Shown here piece by piece: positions 47,498 to 55,290 of a DNA stretch of 55,290 nt. Source of the stretch: Methanobacteriota archaeon (GTDB lineage: Archaea; Thermoplasmatota; Poseidoniia; Poseidoniales; Thalassarchaeaceae); the NCBI GenBank assembly GCA_011523185.1, contig WTHI01000092.1, positions 3,048 through 58,337 on the forward strand, written 5' to 3'. A program made the translations under genes and the position numbers. Under the pieces are notes generated by a model that was not told the DNA's origin, searched no databases, and saw only the letters and a list, made by a program, of their open reading frames with translations. Position 1 is the first letter of the stretch, and the number at the start of each line of letters is the position of its first letter.

Positions 47498-48192
47498 GCA
47501 GTAGCCACATGAAGAGATTAACAATGCCACGAAGCTGGCCACTTACTCGAAAGACAGACATTTGGGTACAGAAGCCGAACCCTGGTGGGCACAGCGATGA
47601 GATGTGTATGCCTCTTGGTGTCATTTTGCGAGATGTGTTAGGACTCGCTCACTCAAGGAGAGAGGCAAAGCGAATGGTCGCCACACGTAAGGTTCTCGTC
47701 GATGGAAGAATCGAGACAGATTCTGGTCGAGGAGTAGGCTTGATGGATGTCCTAACAGTTGGTGAAGACCACTACCGCTGTGTTTTGGATGAAAATGGTA
47801 AGCTAAGATACCGTTCAATTACTGCTAAGGATTCCTCAAGCAAACTCTGCCGAGTTATGGGTAAGACAACAATTCGTGGTGGAAAGACTCAGGTTCACCT
47901 TCACGATGGAAGAAATATCACCGTCGATGATGCGAAGAAATACAATTCAGGAGATACACTGGTTATTTCGCTACCAGACCAGGAGGTCTCGGGACATCAT
48001 GCATTCTCTGAAGGAGTTCTAGCATACCTCACCGGTGGTAGCCACATCGGTAGCACTGCAAAGGTAGTGTCAAAGGACGTAAAGCGTTCCTCAAAGGCTA
48101 ATGAAGTACAATTCGAAGATTTCGGAACAGTCGCAGATTACGTCTTCGTGATTGGTTCTGAGAAAGATCTTCCGTTGGAGGTGGAAGCTTGA
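47494..48192 (+). CDS. rps4e: 30S ribosomal protein S4e (eS4)
   Basis: HMKRL..P.SW, VGLMDV, LHDGRN, GGSHIG. Confidence 0.96.
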   Translation: MSSSHMKRLTMPRSWPLTRKTDIWVQKPNPGGHSDEMCMPLGVILRDVLGLAHSRREAKRMVATRKVLVDGRIETDSGRGVGLMDVLTVGEDHYRCVLDENGKLRYRSITAKDSSSKLCRVMGKTTIRGGKTQVHLHDGRNITVDDAKKYNSGDTLVISLPDQEVSGHHAFSEGVLAYLTGGSHIGSTAKVVSKDVKRSSKANEVQFEDFGTVADYVFVIGSEKDLPLEVEA

Positions 48193-48716
48193 GTGATAAC
48201 GCCAATCCAATGTTAATTCCCCGAATCGCCAAAGTCACCGTGAATATCGGTGTCGGCGAAGGTGGGGCTCGTCTACAATTAGCCGAGAGGGTACTTGAGT
48301 TACTTACAGACATGAAGCCTGTTCGAACTCTAGCAAAAAGCACCAACCGTGAACTTGGAACACGAGAAGGCGCTCCTATTGGCTGTAAAGTAACAATTCG
48401 TAATCAAACAAATGCCGAAGCATTCCTCAAGGACGCATTTTGGGTTAGAGAAAACACCCTGCCTGCCTGGAACTTCGACCAATCAGGCAATCTATCCTTT
48501 GGAATTGCAGACTACACCGATTTCCCTGAGCAGAAGTATGACCCAGACATAGGTATCTTCGGCATGGACATCAACATCGTACTCGAACGCCCCGGTCACA
48601 GGGTATCTCGCCGTCGCCGACGTGCGGCAAAGGTTGGGATACCTCACCGAGTGGGCAAGACCGAGTCCATGGAGTGGTTCAAAGAACACTTCGGACTAAC
48701 CCTTGTGGAGGAGTGA
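48189..48716 (+). CDS. rpl5: 50S ribosomal protein L5 (uL5)
   Basis: NPM, NIGVGEGG, IGCKVTIR, FDQSGNLSFG, YDPDIGIFGMD; TTG start. Confidence 0.96.
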   Translation: MSDNANPMLIPRIAKVTVNIGVGEGGARLQLAERVLELLTDMKPVRTLAKSTNRELGTREGAPIGCKVTIRNQTNAEAFLKDAFWVRENTLPAWNFDQSGNLSFGIADYTDFPEQKYDPDIGIFGMDINIVLERPGHRVSRRRRRAAKVGIPHRVGKTESMEWFKEHFGLTLVEE

Positions 48717-48719
48717 AGT

Positions 48720-48872
48720 ATGGCAAAAGATCACGGAGAAAGTATCGGTAGAAGCAATGGATGCCGCCGCTGCGGACGCAAGCGCGGAATGATTCGCCGA
48801 CATGGCCTGAGGTTATGCCGACAATGCTTCAGAGATGTGGCACCACAAATCGGGTTCAAGAAGTATACATGA
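48720..48872 (+). CDS. rps14: 30S ribosomal protein S14 (uS14, zinc-binding); not in ORF track
   Basis: Manual translation [50 protein letters not shown]. Confidence 0.96.
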   Translation: MAKDHGESIGRSNGCRRCGRKRGMIRRHGLRLCRQCFRDVAPQIGFKKYT

Positions 48873-48883
48873 GGTGATGAAGG

Positions 48884-49273
48884 ATGCAGTTTGACCCATT
48901 GAGTGACGCATTTGTCCGCATCTTTAACGCGGAGCAAGCAGGACATTACGAAGTGACTGTTAACCCAGCAAGCAAGCTTCTAGGAAGTATGCTTTCAATT
49001 ATGCAACAGTCAGGATACGTAGGAGAATACCAAAAGATCGATGATGGCCGTGGAGGCGGATTCCGGGTAGAGTTGATTGGAGCAATCAACCGTTGCGGTG
49101 TAATCAAGCCACGACATTCTGTAAAGAGAACCGATTATGATAAGTGGGAATCAAGATACCTTCCTGCACAGGATTTCGGTCTACTTATTCTAACAACCAA
49201 TCAAGGTGTAATGAACCACCACGATGCAAAGAAGGAGCGTGTCGGCGGGCGTTTGCTCGCGTACATTTTCTGA
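48884..49273 (+). CDS. rps8: 30S ribosomal protein S8 (uS8)
   Basis: DPLSDA, PASKL, DDGRGG, INRCGVIKPR, GGRLLAY. Confidence 0.97.
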   Translation: MQFDPLSDAFVRIFNAEQAGHYEVTVNPASKLLGSMLSIMQQSGYVGEYQKIDDGRGGGFRVELIGAINRCGVIKPRHSVKRTDYDKWESRYLPAQDFGLLILTTNQGVMNHHDAKKERVGGRLLAYIF

Positions 49274-49286
49274 GGAGGGATTAAGG

Positions 49287-49841
49287 ATGCCAAAGTTGGA
49301 TATGATTTCACACAGTATCAAACTCCCTGACGGAGTTTCCGCAACTATTTCCGGTCACGATGTTACAGTGGCAAAGGATGGTAAGTCACTGACTCGTGAG
49401 TTCCGTCATCCTAGAATCGAAGTTAGAGATTCTGCCGATGGTATGGAGGTCTTTTGTAACCTGCCACGACGTAAGGAGAAGGCACTTGCTGGAACCTGGG
49501 CTGCACATCTCAACAACATGGTAAGAGGTATTGATTCTGGATTTGAGTACAAATTGAAGGCTGTTTATTCTCACTTCCCTATGACTATCAAGGTTCAAGG
49601 AAATGAAATGACAATAACCAATCTATTCGGTGAAAAGGTCCCTAGAGTAGCCGCACTACCATGGTCACCTGCCGAGGTAGAAGTAAAGGTGGCAAATAAG
49701 ACGGAAATTACAGTCATTGGAGCCGATCGTGAGAAGGTTGGACAAACAGCTGCCAATATCGAAAGGGCTTGCCGAATCAAGAAAAGAGATCGACGTGTTT
49801 TCCAAGATGGAATTTACATTGTATCAAAGGGGAATGAGTGA
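49287..49841 (+). CDS. rpl6: 50S ribosomal protein L6 (uL6)
   Basis: YSHFP, NLFGEK, GQTAANIE, DRRVFQDGIYI. Confidence 0.97.
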   Translation: MPKLDMISHSIKLPDGVSATISGHDVTVAKDGKSLTREFRHPRIEVRDSADGMEVFCNLPRRKEKALAGTWAAHLNNMVRGIDSGFEYKLKAVYSHFPMTIKVQGNEMTITNLFGEKVPRVAALPWSPAEVEVKVANKTEITVIGADREKVGQTAANIERACRIKKRDRRVFQDGIYIVSKGNE

Positions 49842-49853
49842 GGAGGGATTTGA

Positions 49854-50510
49854 ATGGATTACGATAGCATGACAGTCGCTGAACTCAAGGATTTACTACG
49901 CGATGCGGGAATGCCGGTTTCAGGTAAGAAGGCGGACTTAATCGCCAGATTACAAGAGGCCGCAGACGTTCCTGAAGAATCAGAAGAAGTAGAGGAAATG
50001 GTCGAAGAAGAAATGGATATCGAGGAAGACGAGTTCGAATCCGACGATTTCTTCGAAGACGAATGGGATGACTTCCATACAGCTCGTCAAAAGCCAGTAC
50101 TCGACGATGCAACAAAGGAAGCATTAGCAACCCGTGCTGCTCAAAAGAAGAAAACTCCAACCTTCAGAAGGCAGGAATGGTTCCGCTACAAGCGCCTTTC
50201 CCGTACTGGCTGGAAGAAACCTAGAGGTGATGATTCCAGCCAAAGGAAGAACCGCAAGTATCGTTCTGCTCTAGTCCGAGTAGGGCACGGAAAGATAGCT
50301 GCAGCACGAGGACTACACCCCTCTGGATTTGAAGAGGTTCTAGTCAACAAGAGTAGCGATCTCGAAGGTTTAGACCCGGAGACGCAAGCAGTCCGAATCG
50401 CGAAAACAGTAGGAAACCGAAAGCGATCCGCAATTCACGATAGAGCAGATGATTTGGGCCTTAGGGTTCTCAATCGCCGCCGCATCTCGCGGAAGGGGGA
50501 CTTGCGATGA
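49854..50510 (+). CDS. rpl32e: 50S ribosomal protein L32e (eL32) with N-terminal SAP domain
   Basis: FRRQEWFRYKRL, WKKPRG, RGLHPSG; N-terminal MTVAELKDLLRDAGMPVSGKKADLIARL. Confidence 0.95.
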   Translation: MDYDSMTVAELKDLLRDAGMPVSGKKADLIARLQEAADVPEESEEVEEMVEEEMDIEEDEFESDDFFEDEWDDFHTARQKPVLDDATKEALATRAAQKKKTPTFRRQEWFRYKRLSRTGWKKPRGDDSSQRKNRKYRSALVRVGHGKIAAARGLHPSGFEEVLVNKSSDLEGLDPETQAVRIAKTVGNRKRSAIHDRADDLGLRVLNRRRISRKGDLR

Positions 50511-50983
50511 TGATCACAAATCAAAAGAGACTCGCGGCTGCAATTTTCAGCCAGCGAGAAGGCCGCGTTGTTGGTGTTCATAGAATTTGGATAGACAAAG
50601 ACTACCTAGACGATGTCGCAAATGCTGTACAGAAGGATGATGTTCGCAGACTTATCGATGAGGGGATCATCAAGGCACGCCCATTAGTCGGAACTAGTCG
50701 TTCGCGCGCTCGAAAGGCTTCTGCTCAGAAGTCAAAGGGACGCAGGACAGGCCAAGGTTCGAGAAAGGGAACTTCAAATTCACGTCATCCAAGAAAGGAA
50801 CGCTGGATGAGAACAATTCGTGCTCAGCGCAGAGCTTTGAAGGAAATGAGAGGAGATGAGTCTCTGACTCCTTCAGAATATCGTTACTACTACAGGAAGG
50901 CAAAGGGCGGTAGCTACCGTTCTGTCTCCCACATGAGGTCGAATATGGAAATCGACGGAATCAAGCTCGGAGGTGAGCAATGA
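50507..50983 (+). CDS. rpl19e: 50S ribosomal protein L19e (eL19)
   Basis: QKRLAA, RIWI, GQGSRKG, WMRTIRAQR, YRKAKGG. Confidence 0.96.
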   Translation: MMITNQKRLAAAIFSQREGRVVGVHRIWIDKDYLDDVANAVQKDDVRRLIDEGIIKARPLVGTSRSRARKASAQKSKGRRTGQGSRKGTSNSRHPRKERWMRTIRAQRRALKEMRGDESLTPSEYRYYYRKAKGGSYRSVSHMRSNMEIDGIKLGGEQ

Positions 50984-51492
50984 TGGCATACGGAAAAAAT
51001 CAGAGGTTACGCTTCAAGCGTCGCCGAAACGGTGAGACTGACTACCGACGCAGAATGAAAATGCTACGAGGAGGTTTTGCTCGTGCTGTGGTTCGAGTAA
51101 CAAATACTCAGACAATCTGTCAATTAGTGAATTACGAACCAACAGGTGATACAGTCAAGATATCTATTGATGGGCGCACCTTAGTTGAGAAGTATGGATG
51201 GCCAATAGATGCATCTAGAAAATCAATTCCTGCAAGTTACATTTCCGGATATGCAATGGCTAAGGCGGCTATTGCTGCGGGACACAAAGAAGCCGTTCTC
51301 GACATTGGCCTAGCAGCATCAACACCAGGAAACAGGGTGTTTGCAGCCCTCAAAGGAATGGTCGATGCTGGTATGGAAATTCCATATGGTGAAAGTGTCC
51401 TGCCGGATGATGATAGAATCAACGGTTCACACATTGATGACTCGATTGCTAAAGCGGTCGAGGCAGCAAAGAAGTCTATTGAGGAGGCCTAA
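50983..51492 (+). CDS. rpl18: 50S ribosomal protein L18 (uL18)
   Basis: RRRNGETDY..R, VLDIGL, FAALKGMVDAG. Confidence 0.96.
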   Translation: MAYGKNQRLRFKRRRNGETDYRRRMKMLRGGFARAVVRVTNTQTICQLVNYEPTGDTVKISIDGRTLVEKYGWPIDASRKSIPASYISGYAMAKAAIAAGHKEAVLDIGLAASTPGNRVFAALKGMVDAGMEIPYGESVLPDDDRINGSHIDDSIAKAVEAAKKSIEEA

Positions 51493-51494
51493 TC

Positions 51495-52265
51495 ATGAGT
51501 GATGAAGAATCCGAAATTGTAGAAACTGCTCCAGCAATCGCTCCGGGTTTGGCCCTAGCCTTGGCAGAGGAAGAAGATGCTCCTGTTCGCCGTCGCCGTG
51601 GCCCAGATCCATTAGCAGCCCTTCGAACCTGGCAACCTCGTACCCGTCTAGGGAGGATGGTTGCAAACGGAGAGATTCTAACCTACGAGCAAGCATTGGC
51701 TACTGGATTGCCGATCCGTGAAGTGGAAATTGTCGATGCACTTTTGCCAGGTCTTGAGGACGATGTGCTTGCGGTCAACATGATTCAGAGAATGACTGAT
51801 TCAGGTCGACGTGTAAGATTCAATGTACTGTGTGTAGTTGGAAACAGCGATGGATACGTTGGTTTGGCTATCTGTAAGGGTAAGGAAGTCGCTTCAACGA
51901 TAAAGAAGGCTATCGATAAGGCCAAACTAAACCTAATTCCAGTCATGAGAGGAAATGGGTCCTGGGAATCTGGTGGAGGACCAGGTACTTCCGTTCCTCT
52001 GAAAATCACAGGACGCTCCGGTTCAACCAGAGTCACTCTAATGCCTGCTCCAGCAGGTAAGGGTCTGGTCATTGGTGACTACGGCCGTAGAGTTCTACAA
52101 TTGGCAGGTGTAACTGATGTATGGAGTCGTTCTGCAGGACAAACACGAACCACAATCAACTACGCTAAGGCTACTTTCAATGCCCTTGTCGAACTAAACA
52201 AAACAAGAATTGGCGATGGCGATAAAAGGCGCCTAAACATTACAAGCGGGAGGAGTAATCAATGA
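51495..52265 (+). CDS. rps5: 30S ribosomal protein S5 (uS5)
   Basis: WQPRTRLG, QRMTDSGRR, PAPAGKGL, GQTRTTIN. Confidence 0.97.
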   Translation: MSDEESEIVETAPAIAPGLALALAEEEDAPVRRRRGPDPLAALRTWQPRTRLGRMVANGEILTYEQALATGLPIREVEIVDALLPGLEDDVLAVNMIQRMTDSGRRVRFNVLCVVGNSDGYVGLAICKGKEVASTIKKAIDKAKLNLIPVMRGNGSWESGGGPGTSVPLKITGRSGSTRVTLMPAPAGKGLVIGDYGRRVLQLAGVTDVWSRSAGQTRTTINYAKATFNALVELNKTRIGDGDKRRLNITSGRSNQ

Positions 52266-52732
52266 CTTTCCTAATCGTTCGAGTTCGCAGTGATCGTGGT
52301 GTTGAGAGAAGCATTCGCGACACAATGGCAATGATGAATCTAACTCGCGTTAACCATGCAACGATTGTACCTGAAAGTTCCACCTACGCTGGAATGCTTC
52401 AGAAGTCAAAGGATTTCGTCACATGGGGTGTAGTTGACGCAGGAACTATCGAGACTTTACTCAAAGAACGTGGCCGAATGGTCGGAGATAAGCCGGTGGA
52501 TGATGCTGCAATTAAAGCAGGTTCTGAATTCAAATCTGTCAAAGATTTCGCTAAGGCTCTAGCATCTGGCGAGGCTACTATGAAGTCGGTTGATGGGCTA
52601 AAGCCTGTCTTACGACTTCACCCTCCAAGAGGCTCAAAGGGTTGGGGCGGAATCAAGAGGGCTTACTCTGTTGGTGGCGCTCTAGGATTCCGAGGCGATG
52701 AGATTTCATCTCTAGCCGAGAGGATGATGTGA
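52262..52732 (+). CDS. rpl30: 50S ribosomal protein L30 (uL30)
   Basis: GML.K.KDFVTWG, LRLHPPR, GGALGFRG. Confidence 0.96.
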   Translation: MTFLIVRVRSDRGVERSIRDTMAMMNLTRVNHATIVPESSTYAGMLQKSKDFVTWGVVDAGTIETLLKERGRMVGDKPVDDAAIKAGSEFKSVKDFAKALASGEATMKSVDGLKPVLRLHPPRGSKGWGGIKRAYSVGGALGFRGDEISSLAERMM

Positions 52733-52741
52733 GGTGAAAAT

Positions 52742-53170
52742 ATGGTATCAAGAACAAACAAATTCCGAGGTCGCTCGCGCTATCACGGTCGCGGTAAGAA
52801 GGCAGGCCGAGGTGCAGGTCTTCGTGGCGGACGCGGTAACGCTGGAATCAACAAGCATCGCCTAATGACCCGCCTGAAGTATATGCCTGGCCACTGGGGT
52901 ATGCACGGTTTCAACCGTCACCCTAAGTTGAGAAATGTCAACGTCAGTATCAATTTACTAGAAGTATCCCAGATGGCGGAAGGCGATTCAATCGACCTGA
53001 CAGAAATGGGCTATGACAAACTCCTAGGCAGTGGTCGTATTGACCGCGCTCTAAACATCACTGTAGCTTCTGCAAGTGCTCGTGCTATCGAGAAGGTAGA
53101 AGCGGCTGGTGGTTCAGTGAACCTCAGCGGCGACGATGATGAAGATTGGGAAGAATGGGAAGAAGAGTGA
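52742..53170 (+). CDS. rpl15: 50S ribosomal protein L15 (uL15)
   Basis: RGAGLRGGRGNAG, GYDKLLGSG, AIEKVEAAGG. Confidence 0.96.
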   Translation: MVSRTNKFRGRSRYHGRGKKAGRGAGLRGGRGNAGINKHRLMTRLKYMPGHWGMHGFNRHPKLRNVNVSINLLEVSQMAEGDSIDLTEMGYDKLLGSGRIDRALNITVASASARAIEKVEAAGGSVNLSGDDDEDWEEWEEE

Positions 53171-53204
53171 TTTGCACTGTTCAAAATAAATCAGAGGTGA
53201 AAAA

Positions 53205-55127
53205 ATGGTCGAGCGTCGTCCTTCAGTACTTGGGATTGTGACTCTATCCGTAGTTTACTGGGGGGCTTTGGCTTGGTGGCAACAAGATGCATTGTTTGGC
53301 ACTGACTCAGATGCCCAAATGAAGGCACTGACAATGTTTGCTACATCTTTCCCATACATCGGTTTCGTGATTTGGGGCACTTCTAACGATCTTCCTGAAA
53401 ATATTGCCGAGATTCCATATGTTGGACGGATGCTGAAACCAGCAATTTGGTTGGCATTCATTGCCTTCTTCTTCGGTTGGGGGTTAGAAGACTCCTCAAC
53501 CGTTGGGTTCCTTTTGGTCGGCGTTGGTATTCTTGGACTAGGAGCAGGTCTTGCGTTGGCGTGTCTAATGTATTCAGGCTCTGAATCTAGTAGGCTGTAT
53601 GCTTTGCAAAGACTCGTCGATGTTTATCCTTCGATAACGAAACCCGACGGTCACGTTAGATTCAACCAAAAATTGTGGACTACAACACTTGTCCTAATCA
53701 TCTACTTCATGATGACAAACGTAATGATTTGGGGTCTTTCTGAATCTACACTCGACGTGTTCTCTTCATTCCGTGCGATTATGGCTGGTGCCTCTGGTTC
53801 GATTATGCACCTTGGAATAGGTCCTATCGTTACTGCATCGATTATCATGCAGCTTTTCGCTGGTGCAAAGATCATCCAACTGGACTTACAGGATTCTGCG
53901 GACAAGCAACTCTACCAGGGTGTGCAGAAGATCTTGGTTCTATTGATGATTCCAATTGAATCGATTCCTCAAGTATACGGTTTCCTTGACCCACATGAGG
54001 ATATTATCATTCAATACGGCCTAGGTTGGGCTAATGCAATTATTGTGGCTCAACTATTCATAGGCTCATACCTTGTTTTCCTACTTGATGAATTGGTCAG
54101 CAAGTGGGGTATCGGAAGTGGTATTTCTCTATTCATCGCTGCAGGAGTTGCTCAGTCAACCTTCGTTGGAACATTATCCCCTATAGCAACAGTACAGGGT
54201 AGCCCTTACTCACTACAAAATCCTCCTTCGGGAACTCTTCCAATGATATTCTACACACTCAGGACGGCAACTAATGCCGAATTGGTTTCGCAAAATGGTT
54301 TCGAACTAATATTGCTGAATCATGCTAATCCTGTTGCTGCTTTGATATCTTCAATTATCGTGTTCCTCGTAGTTGCCTATGCCGAATCGAGTAAGTTGGA
54401 ATTGCCACTGACACATGGTAAAGTTAGAGGACATAGAGGACAGTATCCAATCCGACTAGTTTATGCGAGCAATATTCCAGTGATTTTGATGGCTGCTCTA
54501 CTAGCAAACGTCAATATGTTCACTCTGCTATTCTGGTCCCATCCAGTACTATCCACCGTGCCTATACTCGGTAAGGAAGGATCCTGGAGTATGGCCCATT
54601 GGTTCGGTTCTTATGAGCCAGGAGCCACCACTCCGTCAGGAGGATTTGCTTGGTATTCCTCCATGGTCAATGGTGTTGGTGATTGGCTAATTCCGTTATT
54701 GAATCAACAAGGGGATGCTTATGGCCACGAACTTTGGCAGATTATGGTGCACGTCATAGTCTATGTGACATTCATGACTGTCGGTTCGACTATATTCGCC
54801 AAGTTCTGGATTGAGACGACAAATATGGGCGCCAAAGACGTCGCAAAACAAATCGAGAGAACAGGTATGCAAATACCTGGATTCCGAAAGAACCCAGTTG
54901 TTCTAGAGAGGATTCTAGAGCGATATATCCCACCTGTAACAGTCTTCTCCGGTGCCTTCGTAGGTCTTCTAGCAGCTGGTGCAGATCTGCTCGGAACTGT
55001 AGGTAATGCCACTGGTACCGGTTTGCTTCTAGCGGTCGGAATTATCCTCAGAACTTACGAACAAATTCAGAAGGAACAGGCCATGGAAATGCATCCTGTT
55101 TTGAGAGAATTCTTCGGCGCAGAATGA
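53205..55127 (+). CDS. secY: Preprotein translocase SecY with extra N-terminal membrane domain
   Basis: LGIGPIVTASII.QL, DELVSKWGIGSGISLFI, YASNIPVIL, MQIPGFR, LERYIP, GTGLLLAVGI. Confidence 0.97.
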   Translation: MVERRPSVLGIVTLSVVYWGALAWWQQDALFGTDSDAQMKALTMFATSFPYIGFVIWGTSNDLPENIAEIPYVGRMLKPAIWLAFIAFFFGWGLEDSSTVGFLLVGVGILGLGAGLALACLMYSGSESSRLYALQRLVDVYPSITKPDGHVRFNQKLWTTTLVLIIYFMMTNVMIWGLSESTLDVFSSFRAIMAGASGSIMHLGIGPIVTASIIMQLFAGAKIIQLDLQDSADKQLYQGVQKILVLLMIPIESIPQVYGFLDPHEDIIIQYGLGWANAIIVAQLFIGSYLVFLLDELVSKWGIGSGISLFIAAGVAQSTFVGTLSPIATVQGSPYSLQNPPSGTLPMIFYTLRTATNAELVSQNGFELILLNHANPVAALISSIIVFLVVAYAESSKLELPLTHGKVRGHRGQYPIRLVYASNIPVILMAALLANVNMFTLLFWSHPVLSTVPILGKEGSWSMAHWFGSYEPGATTPSGGFAWYSSMVNGVGDWLIPLLNQQGDAYGHELWQIMVHVIVYVTFMTVGSTIFAKFWIETTNMGAKDVAKQIERTGMQIPGFRKNPVVLERILERYIPPVTVFSGAFVGLLAAGADLLGTVGNATGTGLLLAVGIILRTYEQIQKEQAMEMHPVLREFFGAE

Positions 55128-55134
55128 TTTTTTC
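55127..55134 (+). terminator. Oligo-T archaeal terminator after secY
   Basis: TGATTTTTTT directly at the stop codon, followed by an AT-rich intergenic stretch. Confidence 0.5.
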
Positions 55135-55290
55135 CTAATCGGAATTATTCATTATAATTTGATTGAAAAGTGAAGCGCGGCGTTTATATCTCAATACGAG
55201 GTAACAGCGGCGCAGTACGCTGTTTTCGATTCTTACCCTTCTCGTCATATTCATATACATAAGGTCGGTCGGCGACCTGCTGCGTCAGAC

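Overview
Archaeal chromosomal window. By inference it is Marine Group II / Ca. Poseidoniales (Thermoplasmatota): it has archaeal r-proteins, thermosome, Hef, archaeal TpiA, acidic Cys-rich surface proteins and several bacterial-type imports. In order it contains: a truncated HpnE-like flavoprotein, sucCD, an NDP-sugar synthase, tpiA, an unannotated L41e (eS32), three tRNAs (Arg-UCU, Ala-GGC, Trp-CCA), a five-gene Dpp/Opp peptide ABC operon, an MFS transporter, type II glutamine synthetase, a Nudix hydrolase, D-amino-acid oxidase, a candidate box C/D sRNA, PrsW, DUF92, an S8 protease, an aminotransferase, a large surface protein, thermosome, a ferredoxin-flavodoxin-SdhB-like fusion with an HdrB/SdhE-like partner, hef, and the L3-to-secY ribosomal protein cluster. 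Most unusual: (1) an SdhB-like/CCG-domain gene pair that has lost nearly all Fe-S cysteine ligands but carries a fused ferredoxin and flavodoxin; (2) a DppD-type ABC ATPase with about six transmembrane-like segments inserted inside the nucleotide-binding domain, matched by an extra membrane block in DppC; (3) SecY with an extra ~4-TM N-terminal domain; (4) a SAP-domain-L32e fusion; (5) a C/D guide RNA whose N+5 position lands on the 16S C1402 equivalent; (6) a structured leader upstream of rpl3. No CRISPR array or mobile element is evident. All calls are by eye; no database searches were run.
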